Assembly: GCA_049682815.1 (NCBI GenBank)
Contig: JBAUII010000078.1
Location: 37,763-101,762, forward strand
Origin: Thermodesulfobacteriota bacterium
Lineage (GTDB): Bacteria; Desulfobacterota_D; UBA1144; Nemesobacterales; CSP1-2
Direction: 5' to 3'
Length of the DNA stretch: 64,000 nt
Below, piece after piece: positions 27,396-36,595 of the stretch. Each line of letters opens with the position of its first letter. Within the stretch, counting starts at the first letter, position 1. The position numbers and the translations under genes are program-made. The notes below the pieces were generated by a model that saw only the letters and a program-made list of their open reading frames with translations, was not told where the DNA came from and did no database searches.

Positions 27396-29336
27396 GTGAT
27401 AACAAAAATGGATACTGATCCGGGAGTGGACATTCATCCAAAGCTCAAGAAAGAAAACAATTCAGTCGATGCGTACGACATTAAGCATGGAGAACACAAT
27501 CATATAGAATGGGTAGATCTGACTCGAATCGGCTTCGTCGCACTTGGGATTGTTGCAAGTTGGTTAGGACTTTGGAAGGGATTTACGAGCTTTGACGTGA
27601 TTAGCCTTGTGGCAACACTAATAGGTGGCTATCCGATCTTTCGGGAGGCAATCGCGTCTCTCATCTCCAGGCGGATGACGATGGAACTCTCTATGACCAT
27701 TGCTCTAGGAGCGGCTTTAGCCATTGGTGAGTTCTTCACCGCTTTGGTAATTGTGCTCTTTGTGCTGATCGCCGAAGTGTTAGAGAATCTTACTGTCAGC
27801 CGAGGCAGGGGTGCAATCAAAGATCTTCTTGAACTGTTGCCTCAGAGTGCTACTATCCGTCGCGAAGGCCAAGTGCAAGAGGTTCGTACTACTGAGATTC
27901 AAGCGGGTGATAGCGTCATCATAAAGCCTGGCAGTCGAATTCCAGTGGATGGGGTTGTTATCCGTGGAAACTCCTTTGTAGACCAATCTACTATCACCGG
28001 TGAATCGATGCCTGTAGAGAAGGTGAAAGGCTCACAGGTCTATGCCGGAACGATTAATCAATCGGGCTTGCTTGAGGTCCGACCGGTCAAACTCGGTCGA
28101 GATACCGCGTTCGGGAAGGTCATCCAGGCAGTTGAACAGGCTGAAAAGTCCCGTGCACCAATCCAAAAAACTGCCGACCGACTCGCAGGATACCTAGTCT
28201 ACTTTGCCATTATCTGTGCTGCGCTCACTTTCCTCGTTACACGCGATATGCGCTCTACTATCTCAGTTATCATCGTTGCTGGTGCATGCGGAATTGCAGC
28301 AGGTACTCCACTCGCTATCCTTGGTGCCATTGGCCGTGCCGCCCGCAACGGAACTATCGTCAAGGGTGGACTGTATATGGAAATCTTAAGTGTCATAGAC
28401 ACTGTTCCTTTGGACAAGACGGGCACATTGACATTCGGAAACCCAGAAGTTACCAATGTGTATCCGCGTAATGGAGCGACGACCCAGGCCGTTTTGGAAG
28501 CTGCAGCCATTGCTGAACGGTGTTCGGAACATATTTTAGGTAAAGCTATATTAAAGAAAGCCTCTGAAATATCCCTTTCTATCGCTGAACCAGAACGGTT
28601 TGAGTATATTCCAGGTAAAGGCATTATCTGCTCGCTCAACGGAGAAGAAATTATCGTTGGTAATCGGAGTCTTTTTGTGGAAAAACACTTTGATATCGAT
28701 GAGTTTGCAGGCACTTCTGACCATCTGTCGGAAGTGCTTGTTGCCCGTGATGGACAATTCCTCGGTACTCTGCAGATTTCGGACGTGCTGCGCCCGGAAG
28801 CTGTGGAGGCGGTACGCATGCTTCGAGAAATGGGCATAAGAACCATACTTTTGACTGGTGACTCAAAGGCTATCGCTCACGCAGTTGGAAATGAGCTTGG
28901 TGTGGACGAGATATTTGCTGAACTCCTTCCAGATCAGAAACTCAACAAAGTGAAGTCACTTATCCTAGAGGGAAAGAAGGTTGCCATGGTAGGCGACGGG
29001 ATTAATGATGCTCCGGCATTGATGCAGGCGAGTGTTGGTGTTGCAATAGGCTCTGGGACAGACATTGCAAGGGAGAGCTCAAATGTCCTGCTTATAGGCA
29101 ACGATCTTCTCAAATTCGTGGAGGTACTCAGGATTGCCAGGCAGTGCCATCGGATCATTATGACAAACTTCGCAGGGACTTTGCTTGTAGACGGAGTAGG
29201 TGTTGGGCTTGCCGCTTTTGGACTACTGAGTCCCCTCCTCGCGGCTTTCATCCATGTTTTCTCGGAACTTGTGTTTATCCTGAACTCGGCGAGAATGCTC
29301 CCTAGGAAGTGCGTGGGGTCAGGCGTGAATAAATGA
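27396..29336 (+). CDS. P1B-type heavy-metal-translocating P-type ATPase, with no N-terminal HMA domain, a His-rich N-terminus and a non-canonical TM motif
   Basis: TGES, DKTGTLT and GDGINDAPAL motifs. About 8 TM helices. The N-terminus has HGEHNH. The canonical CPC/SPC position reads AGACG (no proline). Confidence 0.85.
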   Translation: MITKMDTDPGVDIHPKLKKENNSVDAYDIKHGEHNHIEWVDLTRIGFVALGIVASWLGLWKGFTSFDVISLVATLIGGYPIFREAIASLISRRMTMELSMTIALGAALAIGEFFTALVIVLFVLIAEVLENLTVSRGRGAIKDLLELLPQSATIRREGQVQEVRTTEIQAGDSVIIKPGSRIPVDGVVIRGNSFVDQSTITGESMPVEKVKGSQVYAGTINQSGLLEVRPVKLGRDTAFGKVIQAVEQAEKSRAPIQKTADRLAGYLVYFAIICAALTFLVTRDMRSTISVIIVAGACGIAAGTPLAILGAIGRAARNGTIVKGGLYMEILSVIDTVPLDKTGTLTFGNPEVTNVYPRNGATTQAVLEAAAIAERCSEHILGKAILKKASEISLSIAEPERFEYIPGKGIICSLNGEEIIVGNRSLFVEKHFDIDEFAGTSDHLSEVLVARDGQFLGTLQISDVLRPEAVEAVRMLREMGIRTILLTGDSKAIAHAVGNELGVDEIFAELLPDQKLNKVKSLILEGKKVAMVGDGINDAPALMQASVGVAIGSGTDIARESSNVLLIGNDLLKFVEVLRIARQCHRIIMTNFAGTLLVDGVGVGLAAFGLLSPLLAAFIHVFSELVFILNSARMLPRKCVGSGVNK

Positions 29337-29532
29337 GTTATTTTTGTTTTTGTTCCCCGCGATTTCTTTGAAGCGTCCTTCCTATTTCCCGTCCCATCAA
29401 TTTTTTCCCTGTTGGCTTTCCTCTTTTCGTTTGAGGATCCTAACACTTGAAGAAATAAAAAGGAGATTGACACAGGGCTTCGCCCTTCGCAATGACCTCT
29501 CTATGGATTCCCGATAACAATCCTCGGGGGAT
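29321..29532 (-). repeat. Repeat family copy C (inverted relative to A and B). Its terminus overlaps the last 6 codons and the stop of the ATPase gene.
   Basis: The reverse complement aligns with copy A at both ends. ggggtcaggcgtgaataaatga encodes GSGVNK-stop of the ATPase. Confidence 0.75.
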
Positions 29533-29598
29533 GACCGTAGAAGAGAATAGGTGCTATTAAATTTATAGAAAAAAGCAATGGTCACGCTTTTCCCGGAA

Positions 29599-30102
29599 TC
29601 AAATGAAAAATATTAAAAAGCGAATGATTACATATGCCAGAAATCCCAATACAGAAATAAGGATTGCTCTAGATGTCTCACAGTCGAGTGCTTGCCTTAT
29701 TGCAACTATGAAGGTTAGAAATACCCAAATCGACGTAATATAGGGAACGAAATGTCCAATAAATGGCAACAGCATAAAAATGTTTAAAATACCGGGTGAA
29801 TAAGCGAAGCCTAGGCATCTGAGGAGTTCCCCCAGATCTGAAGAATGCCCAAACCCCCTGACTCCGATAACATAAATTATGACACTCCATAAGACCCAGG
29901 CTATAATTGAAGATACTACGCCAGTTATTATGCCCATTGAGCCCGATATACCAATCATTCCTATTCCATTGCTTATTGAAACAAGTAGTACAGCGAGGAA
30001 GGCTTCTTTTGTAGCAGCTGGGTCGCGCTCAACCTCATCGTAAAGGTTTATATCAAGTTTTGAAGCGGCGATCATTCTTCTTATGAGATCCATTGTAGTC
30101 AA
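29599..30102 (-). CDS. Yip1-domain family membrane protein
   Basis: 167 aa with 4-5 TM helices and a Yip1/DUF1282-like pattern. Confidence 0.55.
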   Translation of the reverse strand: MTTMDLIRRMIAASKLDINLYDEVERDPAATKEAFLAVLLVSISNGIGMIGISGSMGIITGVVSSIIAWVLWSVIIYVIGVRGFGHSSDLGELLRCLGFAYSPGILNIFMLLPFIGHFVPYITSIWVFLTFIVAIRQALDCETSRAILISVLGFLAYVIIRFLIFFI

Positions 30103-30337
30103 CCATTAAAACATTACATATAACAATTTTAAAATTGAAATTCAATTTTTAGAATTGAGAGATCAACTTTCGACCCTCTTTTTTGTTTACTTAATTTACC
30201 AAATCGACACCACCATTTAATTGAATGATTATAGAGGAATGTGGCATAAGTCAAATAAAAGTTTAGAATATTTATATCATTTATCGAATTATTCGATTTG
30301 CTCAATTAATTGAAATTAGGTAAATTTTTAAGACGAT

Positions 30338-30364
30338 GCGGGTATATTACCCGCATTTTTATTT
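30338..30364 (+). terminator. Intrinsic terminator-like hairpin GCGGGTA-tat-TACCCGC followed by ATTTTTATTT, immediately upstream of rimP
   Basis: Read directly. There is no plus-strand CDS upstream, so this is either a leader attenuator of the rimP-nusA-infB operon or the 3' end of a small RNA. Confidence 0.45.
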
Positions 30365-30382
30365 GAATTTAAAAAGATAGAT

Positions 30383-30862
30383 GTGAGTGGGCCCATGCGT
30401 TTTGAGAAACCAGATGTAATTGAAACTATTAAGAATTTGTTAGACCCGATATTGCAGGAAAAAGGGCTCGAACTAGTCGATATAGAATATGCGGGCGCTG
30501 GTCGGGGGGGCGTACTCAGAATTTTCATAGATAAGGAAAATGGTATAACAGTTCAAGATTGCGCTGATATTAGTCGTGAGTTTGGTTTTCTCTTAGACGT
30601 GCATGATGTAATTCCGTATTCATACACCCTCGAGGTATCGTCACCCGGACTAAATCGAGCGCTTAAGGATTCAAAGGACTTTATAAGATTTAAAGGGAAG
30701 AAGGTAAAGATTAAAACTAAAGAAAATCTATATCAAAGAAGGGTATTTATTGGCCATTTAATCGATTTTCATGATGATGTTGCATCGATTCAGGTAGAGG
30801 GTGAAGTTTATGATATTCCATTTTATGATATCGAGAAAGCCAATTTAGAATTAGAGCTTTAG
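30383..30862 (+). CDS. rimP: Ribosome maturation factor RimP
   Basis: LEVSSPGLNRAL motif and a conserved position upstream of nusA. GTG start (or ATG at 30395). Confidence 0.85.
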   Translation: MSGPMRFEKPDVIETIKNLLDPILQEKGLELVDIEYAGAGRGGVLRIFIDKENGITVQDCADISREFGFLLDVHDVIPYSYTLEVSSPGLNRALKDSKDFIRFKGKKVKIKTKENLYQRRVFIGHLIDFHDDVASIQVEGEVYDIPFYDIEKANLELEL

Positions 30863-30873
30863 GGGGATAACAT

Positions 30874-32172
30874 ATGGCTACGGAACTAAGCAGAGTTATG
30901 GAATCGGTTGGAAAGGACAAAGGGATCGAAAGGGATGAAATAGTGAGAGCAGTCGAAGAAGCGGTGCTCTCGGCGGCACAGAGGCTATTTCGCACAGAAG
31001 GCAAAGAGAAGGAGCTTGAAGTGCATTTTAACGATGAGGAAGGAGAGGTAGAGTTATTTGAATTTAAAACCGTAGTAAGAGAAGTCGAAGACCCCGAACT
31101 TGAAATTAGTGTCGAAGAAGCAACTGCACTTGATCCAGAGTCAGAAGTTGGCGACTTAATAGGAGTGAAAATAAATCCGGAGTTTACCAGAATTGCAATT
31201 CAGAATGCGAAGCAAAAGATATTACAGAAGTTAAAGGAAGCAGAAGGAAAGGTTATATATGAAGAATTTATTAACAGAAAAGGCGAACTCGTTAGTGGAA
31301 TAGTTAGAAGGATTGAGAGAAAAAATGTAATAGTAGATCTCGGGAGAACAGAAACGATTCTTCCATACGAGCATCAGGTTCCAAAAGAATACTATAAGCC
31401 CAAGGAAAGAATAAGGGCGATTCTCTATGACATAAAAGAAACAAAGCGTGGCCCTCAACTTATCCTTTCCCGTGCACATCCAAGCTTTGTCCGCAGGCTT
31501 TTTGAGGCTGAGGTCCCTGAAATAAGTGAAGGTATTGTCGAGATAAAGTCAATCTCAAGAGATCCAGGTGGCCGTACAAAGATAGCAGTTTATTCAAATG
31601 ATGCTGATGTGGATGCTGTCGGAGCATGTGTTGGCATGAGAGGGTCAAGAGTGCAGAATATCATTCAAGAATTAAGGGGAGAAAAGATTGATATCGTGCC
31701 CTGGGCGACAGATCCCGCCAAGTTTGTATGTAATTCTCTTTCGCCGGCTATTGTCAGCAAGGTCATTATTGATGAAAGCGATAAATCTATGGAAGTAATA
31801 GTGGATGATGACCAGCTTTCATTGGCGATAGGGAGAAGGGGTCAGAATGTCAGACTTGCTTCACAACTTACGCAGTGGAAGATAGATATAAAGACTGAAT
31901 CGCAGGTTAAAAAGGAACAACAAGAGGTAGTTTCACTCCTCATGACATTGCCGAACATTGGAGAAGTAACTGCCAATCTTTTGTATAGCGAGGGATTTCA
32001 CACTTTAGAAGATATTGCATTCTCCGACCGCGATACGTTGGTCAAAGTGGCAGGTTTCAAGAGCGACGAGGAAGCCCAGAGAATTCAGACTGCAGCCAGA
32101 ATTGCTCTCAAGGATAAACTCGACAAGTTGTCTGTTCCCGAACATCCATCGGTCGAGCCTGAGGAAAGCTGA
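30874..32172 (+). CDS. nusA: Transcription termination/antitermination factor NusA
   Basis: N-terminal domain, S1 domain and two KH domains; 432 aa. Confidence 0.95.
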   Translation: MATELSRVMESVGKDKGIERDEIVRAVEEAVLSAAQRLFRTEGKEKELEVHFNDEEGEVELFEFKTVVREVEDPELEISVEEATALDPESEVGDLIGVKINPEFTRIAIQNAKQKILQKLKEAEGKVIYEEFINRKGELVSGIVRRIERKNVIVDLGRTETILPYEHQVPKEYYKPKERIRAILYDIKETKRGPQLILSRAHPSFVRRLFEAEVPEISEGIVEIKSISRDPGGRTKIAVYSNDADVDAVGACVGMRGSRVQNIIQELRGEKIDIVPWATDPAKFVCNSLSPAIVSKVIIDESDKSMEVIVDDDQLSLAIGRRGQNVRLASQLTQWKIDIKTESQVKKEQQEVVSLLMTLPNIGEVTANLLYSEGFHTLEDIAFSDRDTLVKVAGFKSDEEAQRIQTAARIALKDKLDKLSVPEHPSVEPEES

Positions 32173-32342
32173 TTAGGCAAAGATGTCTCGATATCATGGA
32201 TTTCGCGATTTTAAATTAAATGCTGCAGATCGATTACGGTTGGTTTATATAAAAGCTCTTTGAATAGTATTAGTTTAGTTGGTATCTTATAAAAATTTTA
32301 AGCATAATAAGCAGATGGGTTAAAGAGTAGAGTATAAAGGTT

Positions 32343-34949
32343 ATGGGAAACTTAAGGGTTTACGAATTTTCAAAAGAATTGGGGTTATCAAATAAAGAGG
32401 TTATTGAGATTGCAAATAAACTTGGAATTTCAGTTCGAAGTCATACGAGTTCTATCTCAGGTGAAGATGCAGAAAAAATAAAGGGAAATCTTAAAACGGC
32501 GGATACGCAAGACCAATCATCGCCAGCTGAAGAGGATCAAAAAACCGATGAAAAGGTGAAGGTCTTCCGTTCAGACAGTGGTGAAGAGGTTGTCGAGAGG
32601 AGAAAGGGTAAATCCGTCATTCTAAGGAAAAAGAAAAAGGCAGAAGAACCTGAGGTCAAAGCCGCTCAAGTAATTGAAGAAGGGGTAGGGAAACCCACAG
32701 AAAAAGCACCGGTGGAAACTCAATTAGGAACTACTGAACAGGTATCTGAGGAAATAAAGGAGATTGAGACTGAAATCATACAAGAACAGCCGCTACTGGA
32801 ATCAGAAACTGGTAGGGAAATGATTCCAGAAAAGACGGAAGAACAAGAGCTTCGTATGGAGGAGGCCAAGGAACAAACAAAAAGGTTTGAGGAAGTTAGG
32901 GAAAAAGAGGAAGAAGCAACAGTAAAAAAGAAGGGACGTAAAGTAAAACCTAAAAGAGAAGAAATAATTGATGAAGATACACTTGAAGAGCTCCGCAGAG
33001 CGTTTAAAACTAAACTTCCGGGAAGAAAAAGGGAATATCTTGTTGAAGATCGCAGATCGAGGGTAAGGTCTGTTCAAGGAAGTCTCCAGAGGGAGAAACC
33101 CAGTTCAACAATGCGCAAAGATTACGCGAAGGATATTGAACCCGGTAAGTACGAAGCCCCGTCCGCAGAAATAATACCTTTTCCAACAAAACCCATTAAG
33201 AAAAGTATAAGGTTAGGGGATACCATAATCGTCGGGGAGTTGGCAAAGAAGATGAGAGTCAAGGCAGGTGAAGTTATAAAAAGGTTGATGGATCTGGGTG
33301 CGAAATATACCGTAAACCAATCAATTGATCACGAAACGGCCGCCATCGTAGCAGAAGAACTCGGTTTCGAAATTACAGTGGATAAATTTGAGGAAGATGA
33401 ACTTCTATTTGAGCGCGACCAAGAAGTAAAGGGTGAATATGTTCCACGTCCGCCTATTGTAACAGTTATGGGACATGTGGATCATGGAAAAACAACTCTT
33501 CTCGATACCATAAGGAAGACAAACGTTGTAGGAGAGGAAAGTGGAGGGATAACCCAGCACATTGGAGCTTACTGTGTGAGCGTTGACGAAAGAAAGGTTG
33601 TCTTCGTAGATACTCCGGGGCATGAGGCCTTTACGGCGATGAGGGCTCGAGGTGCTAATGTAACTGATATAGTTATCCTAGTAGTTGCCGCAGATGACGG
33701 AGTAATGCCCCAGACGGTCGAGGCCATAAACCACGCAAAAGCAGCGAGTGTACCGATTATTGTAGCTATCAATAAGGTTGATAAGCCTGAGTCAAATCCG
33801 GATATGGTTAAAAGACAGTTATCCGATATTGGTTTGATACCGGAGGAATGGGGCGGTGACACATTGTTTGCCGGGATCTCCGCAAAAAATAACGTTGGGA
33901 TCAACGAGCTTTTGGATTTGGTGTTATTACAGGCAGATGTAATGGAATTGAAAGCCATTGAGGATAAAAGAGCGAATGGCGCGGTGATAGAAGCCGAACT
34001 AAGCAGAGGGAGAGGTCCATTAGCGACGATAATTGTAAACGAAGGGACGATAAGGGTTGGCGATTATGTCGTTGCAGGTACGGCCTACGGAAGGGTACGA
34101 GCCCTTATCGATGATAAAGGAAATAGGAAAGATTCTGCGGGCCCGTCATTGCCAGTAGAAGTGATGGGTCTTTCGGGAGTTCCCAGTGCCGGGGAAAGAT
34201 TGTACGTAGTAAAAGATGAAAAGACAGCAAAAGAGTTAGTAACACACAGAGAAATGAAAGAAAGACAACGATTCACGGCTTCAAAAAGAAAGCTTTCGCT
34301 TGAAGACCTATTCGAATCGATTCAAAAGGAGGAAGTAAAAGAACTCCTTCTCATAATTAAGGCAGACACACAGGGTTCTGTTGAGGCTATCAAGGATGCA
34401 GTATCAAAACTATCTACAGATAAATGTCGTGTGAATATCGTGCATTCAGGCGTTGGTGCGATAAATGAAACGGATGTAACGCTCGCAGTCGCGTCGAATG
34501 CCATAGTCTTAGGCTTCAGTGTGCGTCCGGATGTAAATGCGTTAGGTTTGGCTGAAAAGGAAGGGGTTTCCATAGAGCTTCACACAATTATTTATGATGC
34601 AGTTGATAGAATAAAAAAAGCAATGGAGGGACTCCTAGAACCATTAATCAAGGAAAGGATTTCGGCTCATGCTGAAGTTAGAGCTACTTTCAGCATATCA
34701 AAGATCGGCACAATTGCGGGTTGTATTGTGACAGACGGAAAGGTTTCCAGGGGAAATAGAGTGAGGCTGCTGAGGGATGGAGTTTTGATATACGAGGGAA
34801 GGATAAGCTCGCTTAAACGATTTAAAGATGATGTAAGAGAAGTTCAGACTGGTTTTGAGTGCGGGGTCGGGATCGAGAACTTCAATGATATCAAAGTCGG
34901 CGATACGCTTGAGTTTTATGATTTAGAAGAGATTAAACAAGAGCTATAG
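32343..34949 (+). CDS. infB: Translation initiation factor IF-2
   Basis: The G domain has GHVDHGKTTLLD, DTPGHEAF and NKVD motifs. Charged N-terminal region; 868 aa. Confidence 0.95.
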   Translation: MGNLRVYEFSKELGLSNKEVIEIANKLGISVRSHTSSISGEDAEKIKGNLKTADTQDQSSPAEEDQKTDEKVKVFRSDSGEEVVERRKGKSVILRKKKKAEEPEVKAAQVIEEGVGKPTEKAPVETQLGTTEQVSEEIKEIETEIIQEQPLLESETGREMIPEKTEEQELRMEEAKEQTKRFEEVREKEEEATVKKKGRKVKPKREEIIDEDTLEELRRAFKTKLPGRKREYLVEDRRSRVRSVQGSLQREKPSSTMRKDYAKDIEPGKYEAPSAEIIPFPTKPIKKSIRLGDTIIVGELAKKMRVKAGEVIKRLMDLGAKYTVNQSIDHETAAIVAEELGFEITVDKFEEDELLFERDQEVKGEYVPRPPIVTVMGHVDHGKTTLLDTIRKTNVVGEESGGITQHIGAYCVSVDERKVVFVDTPGHEAFTAMRARGANVTDIVILVVAADDGVMPQTVEAINHAKAASVPIIVAINKVDKPESNPDMVKRQLSDIGLIPEEWGGDTLFAGISAKNNVGINELLDLVLLQADVMELKAIEDKRANGAVIEAELSRGRGPLATIIVNEGTIRVGDYVVAGTAYGRVRALIDDKGNRKDSAGPSLPVEVMGLSGVPSAGERLYVVKDEKTAKELVTHREMKERQRFTASKRKLSLEDLFESIQKEEVKELLLIIKADTQGSVEAIKDAVSKLSTDKCRVNIVHSGVGAINETDVTLAVASNAIVLGFSVRPDVNALGLAEKEGVSIELHTIIYDAVDRIKKAMEGLLEPLIKERISAHAEVRATFSISKIGTIAGCIVTDGKVSRGNRVRLLRDGVLIYEGRISSLKRFKDDVREVQTGFECGVGIENFNDIKVGDTLEFYDLEEIKQEL

Positions 34950-34959
34950 CTCTAAAGAA

Positions 34960-35250
34960 ATGGTTATAGGTGTTCTCAGGATTGAACTCTACTTGGATGG
35001 CAATAGATCCCTCAAAGGAAAGAGACAACTTCTCAAAAGTCTGATCCATAGAACCAAATCGCGATTCTCGAACGTTTCAATCTCCGAGGTAGATTCTCAG
35101 GATATGTGGCAGAGGGCCACTATTGGAATCACAATAGTTAGTAACGAGAAAAACCATGTAAATTCGATTTTGGACCAGGTATCCGGATTTATAGAATCGA
35201 CTGGGATTGCTCATATGGTAAGTCGAGAATTGGAAATAATTTTTTTCTAG
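34960..35250 (+). CDS. DUF503-family protein (YlxP-like), conserved between infB and rbfA
   Basis: 96 aa (VLRIELYLDGNRSLKGKR...) in the conserved operon position. Confidence 0.65.
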   Translation: MVIGVLRIELYLDGNRSLKGKRQLLKSLIHRTKSRFSNVSISEVDSQDMWQRATIGITIVSNEKNHVNSILDQVSGFIESTGIAHMVSRELEIIFF

Positions 35251-35262
35251 GAGATCAGTCCG

Positions 35263-35613
35263 ATGTCGGGCAGTAAACGCAGCCTCAGGGTGGGTGATAT
35301 GATACTCAAAGAGATATCCGAGATGTTAATCAAGGGTAATGTAAGGGATCCTCGGATTGAGCCTGTTGTTCTCACCGGGATAAAATTAACGGACGACCTC
35401 GGATTTGCTAGGGTTTATTTTACGGTTATCGGAGATCAGATTGATAAGCAGAATATCATGGAAGGGCTCCAAAGTGCCTCGAGTTACATTAAGAGGGAAC
35501 TTTCCAGGAGGCTTAGGATTAGAAGGATTCCCGACCTCAAATTCGAATTTGACGAGGTTCTTCAAGAGGGTTACAGGATTGATGAACTCTTAAGGAAGAC
35601 TAAAGGTGAATAA
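35263..35613 (+). CDS. rbfA: Ribosome-binding factor A
   Basis: KH-like RbfA sequence (RVGDMILKEISEML...VRDPR) in operon context. Confidence 0.9.
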   Translation: MSGSKRSLRVGDMILKEISEMLIKGNVRDPRIEPVVLTGIKLTDDLGFARVYFTVIGDQIDKQNIMEGLQSASSYIKRELSRRLRIRRIPDLKFEFDEVLQEGYRIDELLRKTKGE

Positions 35614-36595
35614 TCTAGTCAGAGTGGTAGAGGTTATTCAAAATTCAAAACGCATTCTTATCGCTTCCCATGAAAGGCCGGACGCTGATGCGATAGGCTC
35701 AGTGCTTGCCCTTGGATTAGTCCTCACACGATTTGAGAAAGAGGTCGTTTGTTATAATAAGGACGGCGTTCCCAAAGTTTTAGAATTTCTCCCGGGTTCA
35801 AGATCGGTGATTAAATCGTTGACGAATGTGAGAGGTAGTTTTGATTGTACCATAGTCCTGGACTGCACCGATGTTTCCAGGGTAGGTAAGGAATTTTTAA
35901 ATTTCATGAATAAGAAAAATTGTGGAACATCCGTAATCGTAGACCATCACCAAACTACTCGGGCAACTGCTGATTTATACCTTCTCGACCCGGCTTTCTC
36001 ATCGACAGGAATGATAGTCCATCTGCTAATAAGGGAGCTTAAACTGGAGATCAATCCAGACGTTGCTACTAATCTATATACAACAATAGTCGGAGATACA
36101 GGTTCATTTAGATACTCAAACACAAGCCCGGAAACTTTCAGGGTTGCTGCTGAACTGGTTGAACAGGGAGCAAACCCATCCGATATATCTCAAGCCCTAT
36201 ACGAGAGCGAAACTCCTGAAAAACTACGGTTGATAGGCCTAGCGATCTCGACACTTGAACTCTTAGAAAACGGGCGTATTGCCTCCGTCATACTTAACAA
36301 GGAAATGTTCAATCAGACGTGTACTACTGGTGAGGATTCCGAAGGAATTGTTAATTATCCTCGTAGTGTAAAAGGCGTAGAAGTTGCTGTGTTGTTTAAT
36401 GAATTGGAGAAGATTAATCATTCCGAATCCTTTTGGAAGGTTAGTCTGCGATCCAAGGGAGAAGTAGACGTAGCGACAGTCGCAGAGACCTTTTGCGGAG
36501 GAGGCCACAAAAGGTCGGCTGGATGTATGCTTAAGGGTTCATTGAATGATGTAAAACATCGGATTTATAGTTCTATAACCGAACAATTGACATGA
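35606..36595 (+). CDS. DHH/DHHA1 phosphoesterase (NrnA-like nanoRNase / pAp phosphatase)
   Basis: DHH motif (VIVDHHQ), Asp-rich N-terminal motifs (HERPDADAIGS), and a GGGH motif in DHHA1. Confidence 0.75.
   Translation: MNNLVRVVEVIQNSKRILIASHERPDADAIGSVLALGLVLTRFEKEVVCYNKDGVPKVLEFLPGSRSVIKSLTNVRGSFDCTIVLDCTDVSRVGKEFLNFMNKKNCGTSVIVDHHQTTRATADLYLLDPAFSSTGMIVHLLIRELKLEINPDVATNLYTTIVGDTGSFRYSNTSPETFRVAAELVEQGANPSDISQALYESETPEKLRLIGLAISTLELLENGRIASVILNKEMFNQTCTTGEDSEGIVNYPRSVKGVEVAVLFNELEKINHSESFWKVSLRSKGEVDVATVAETFCGGGHKRSAGCMLKGSLNDVKHRIYSSITEQLT

Noticed and set aside
28199-28846. 215-aa minus-strand ORF inside the P-type ATPase gene
   Set aside because: It is fully antisense to a well-supported CDS with conserved P-type motifs, and its composition is a Ser/Arg/Ala-rich antisense artefact.
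25643-29532. Composite transposon or IS interpretation of the inverted repeats flanking the metal island
   Set aside because: No transposase, integrase or recombinase ORF and no obvious target-site duplications were seen. The repeats are better described as MITE-like or segmental relics pending genome-wide copy analysis.
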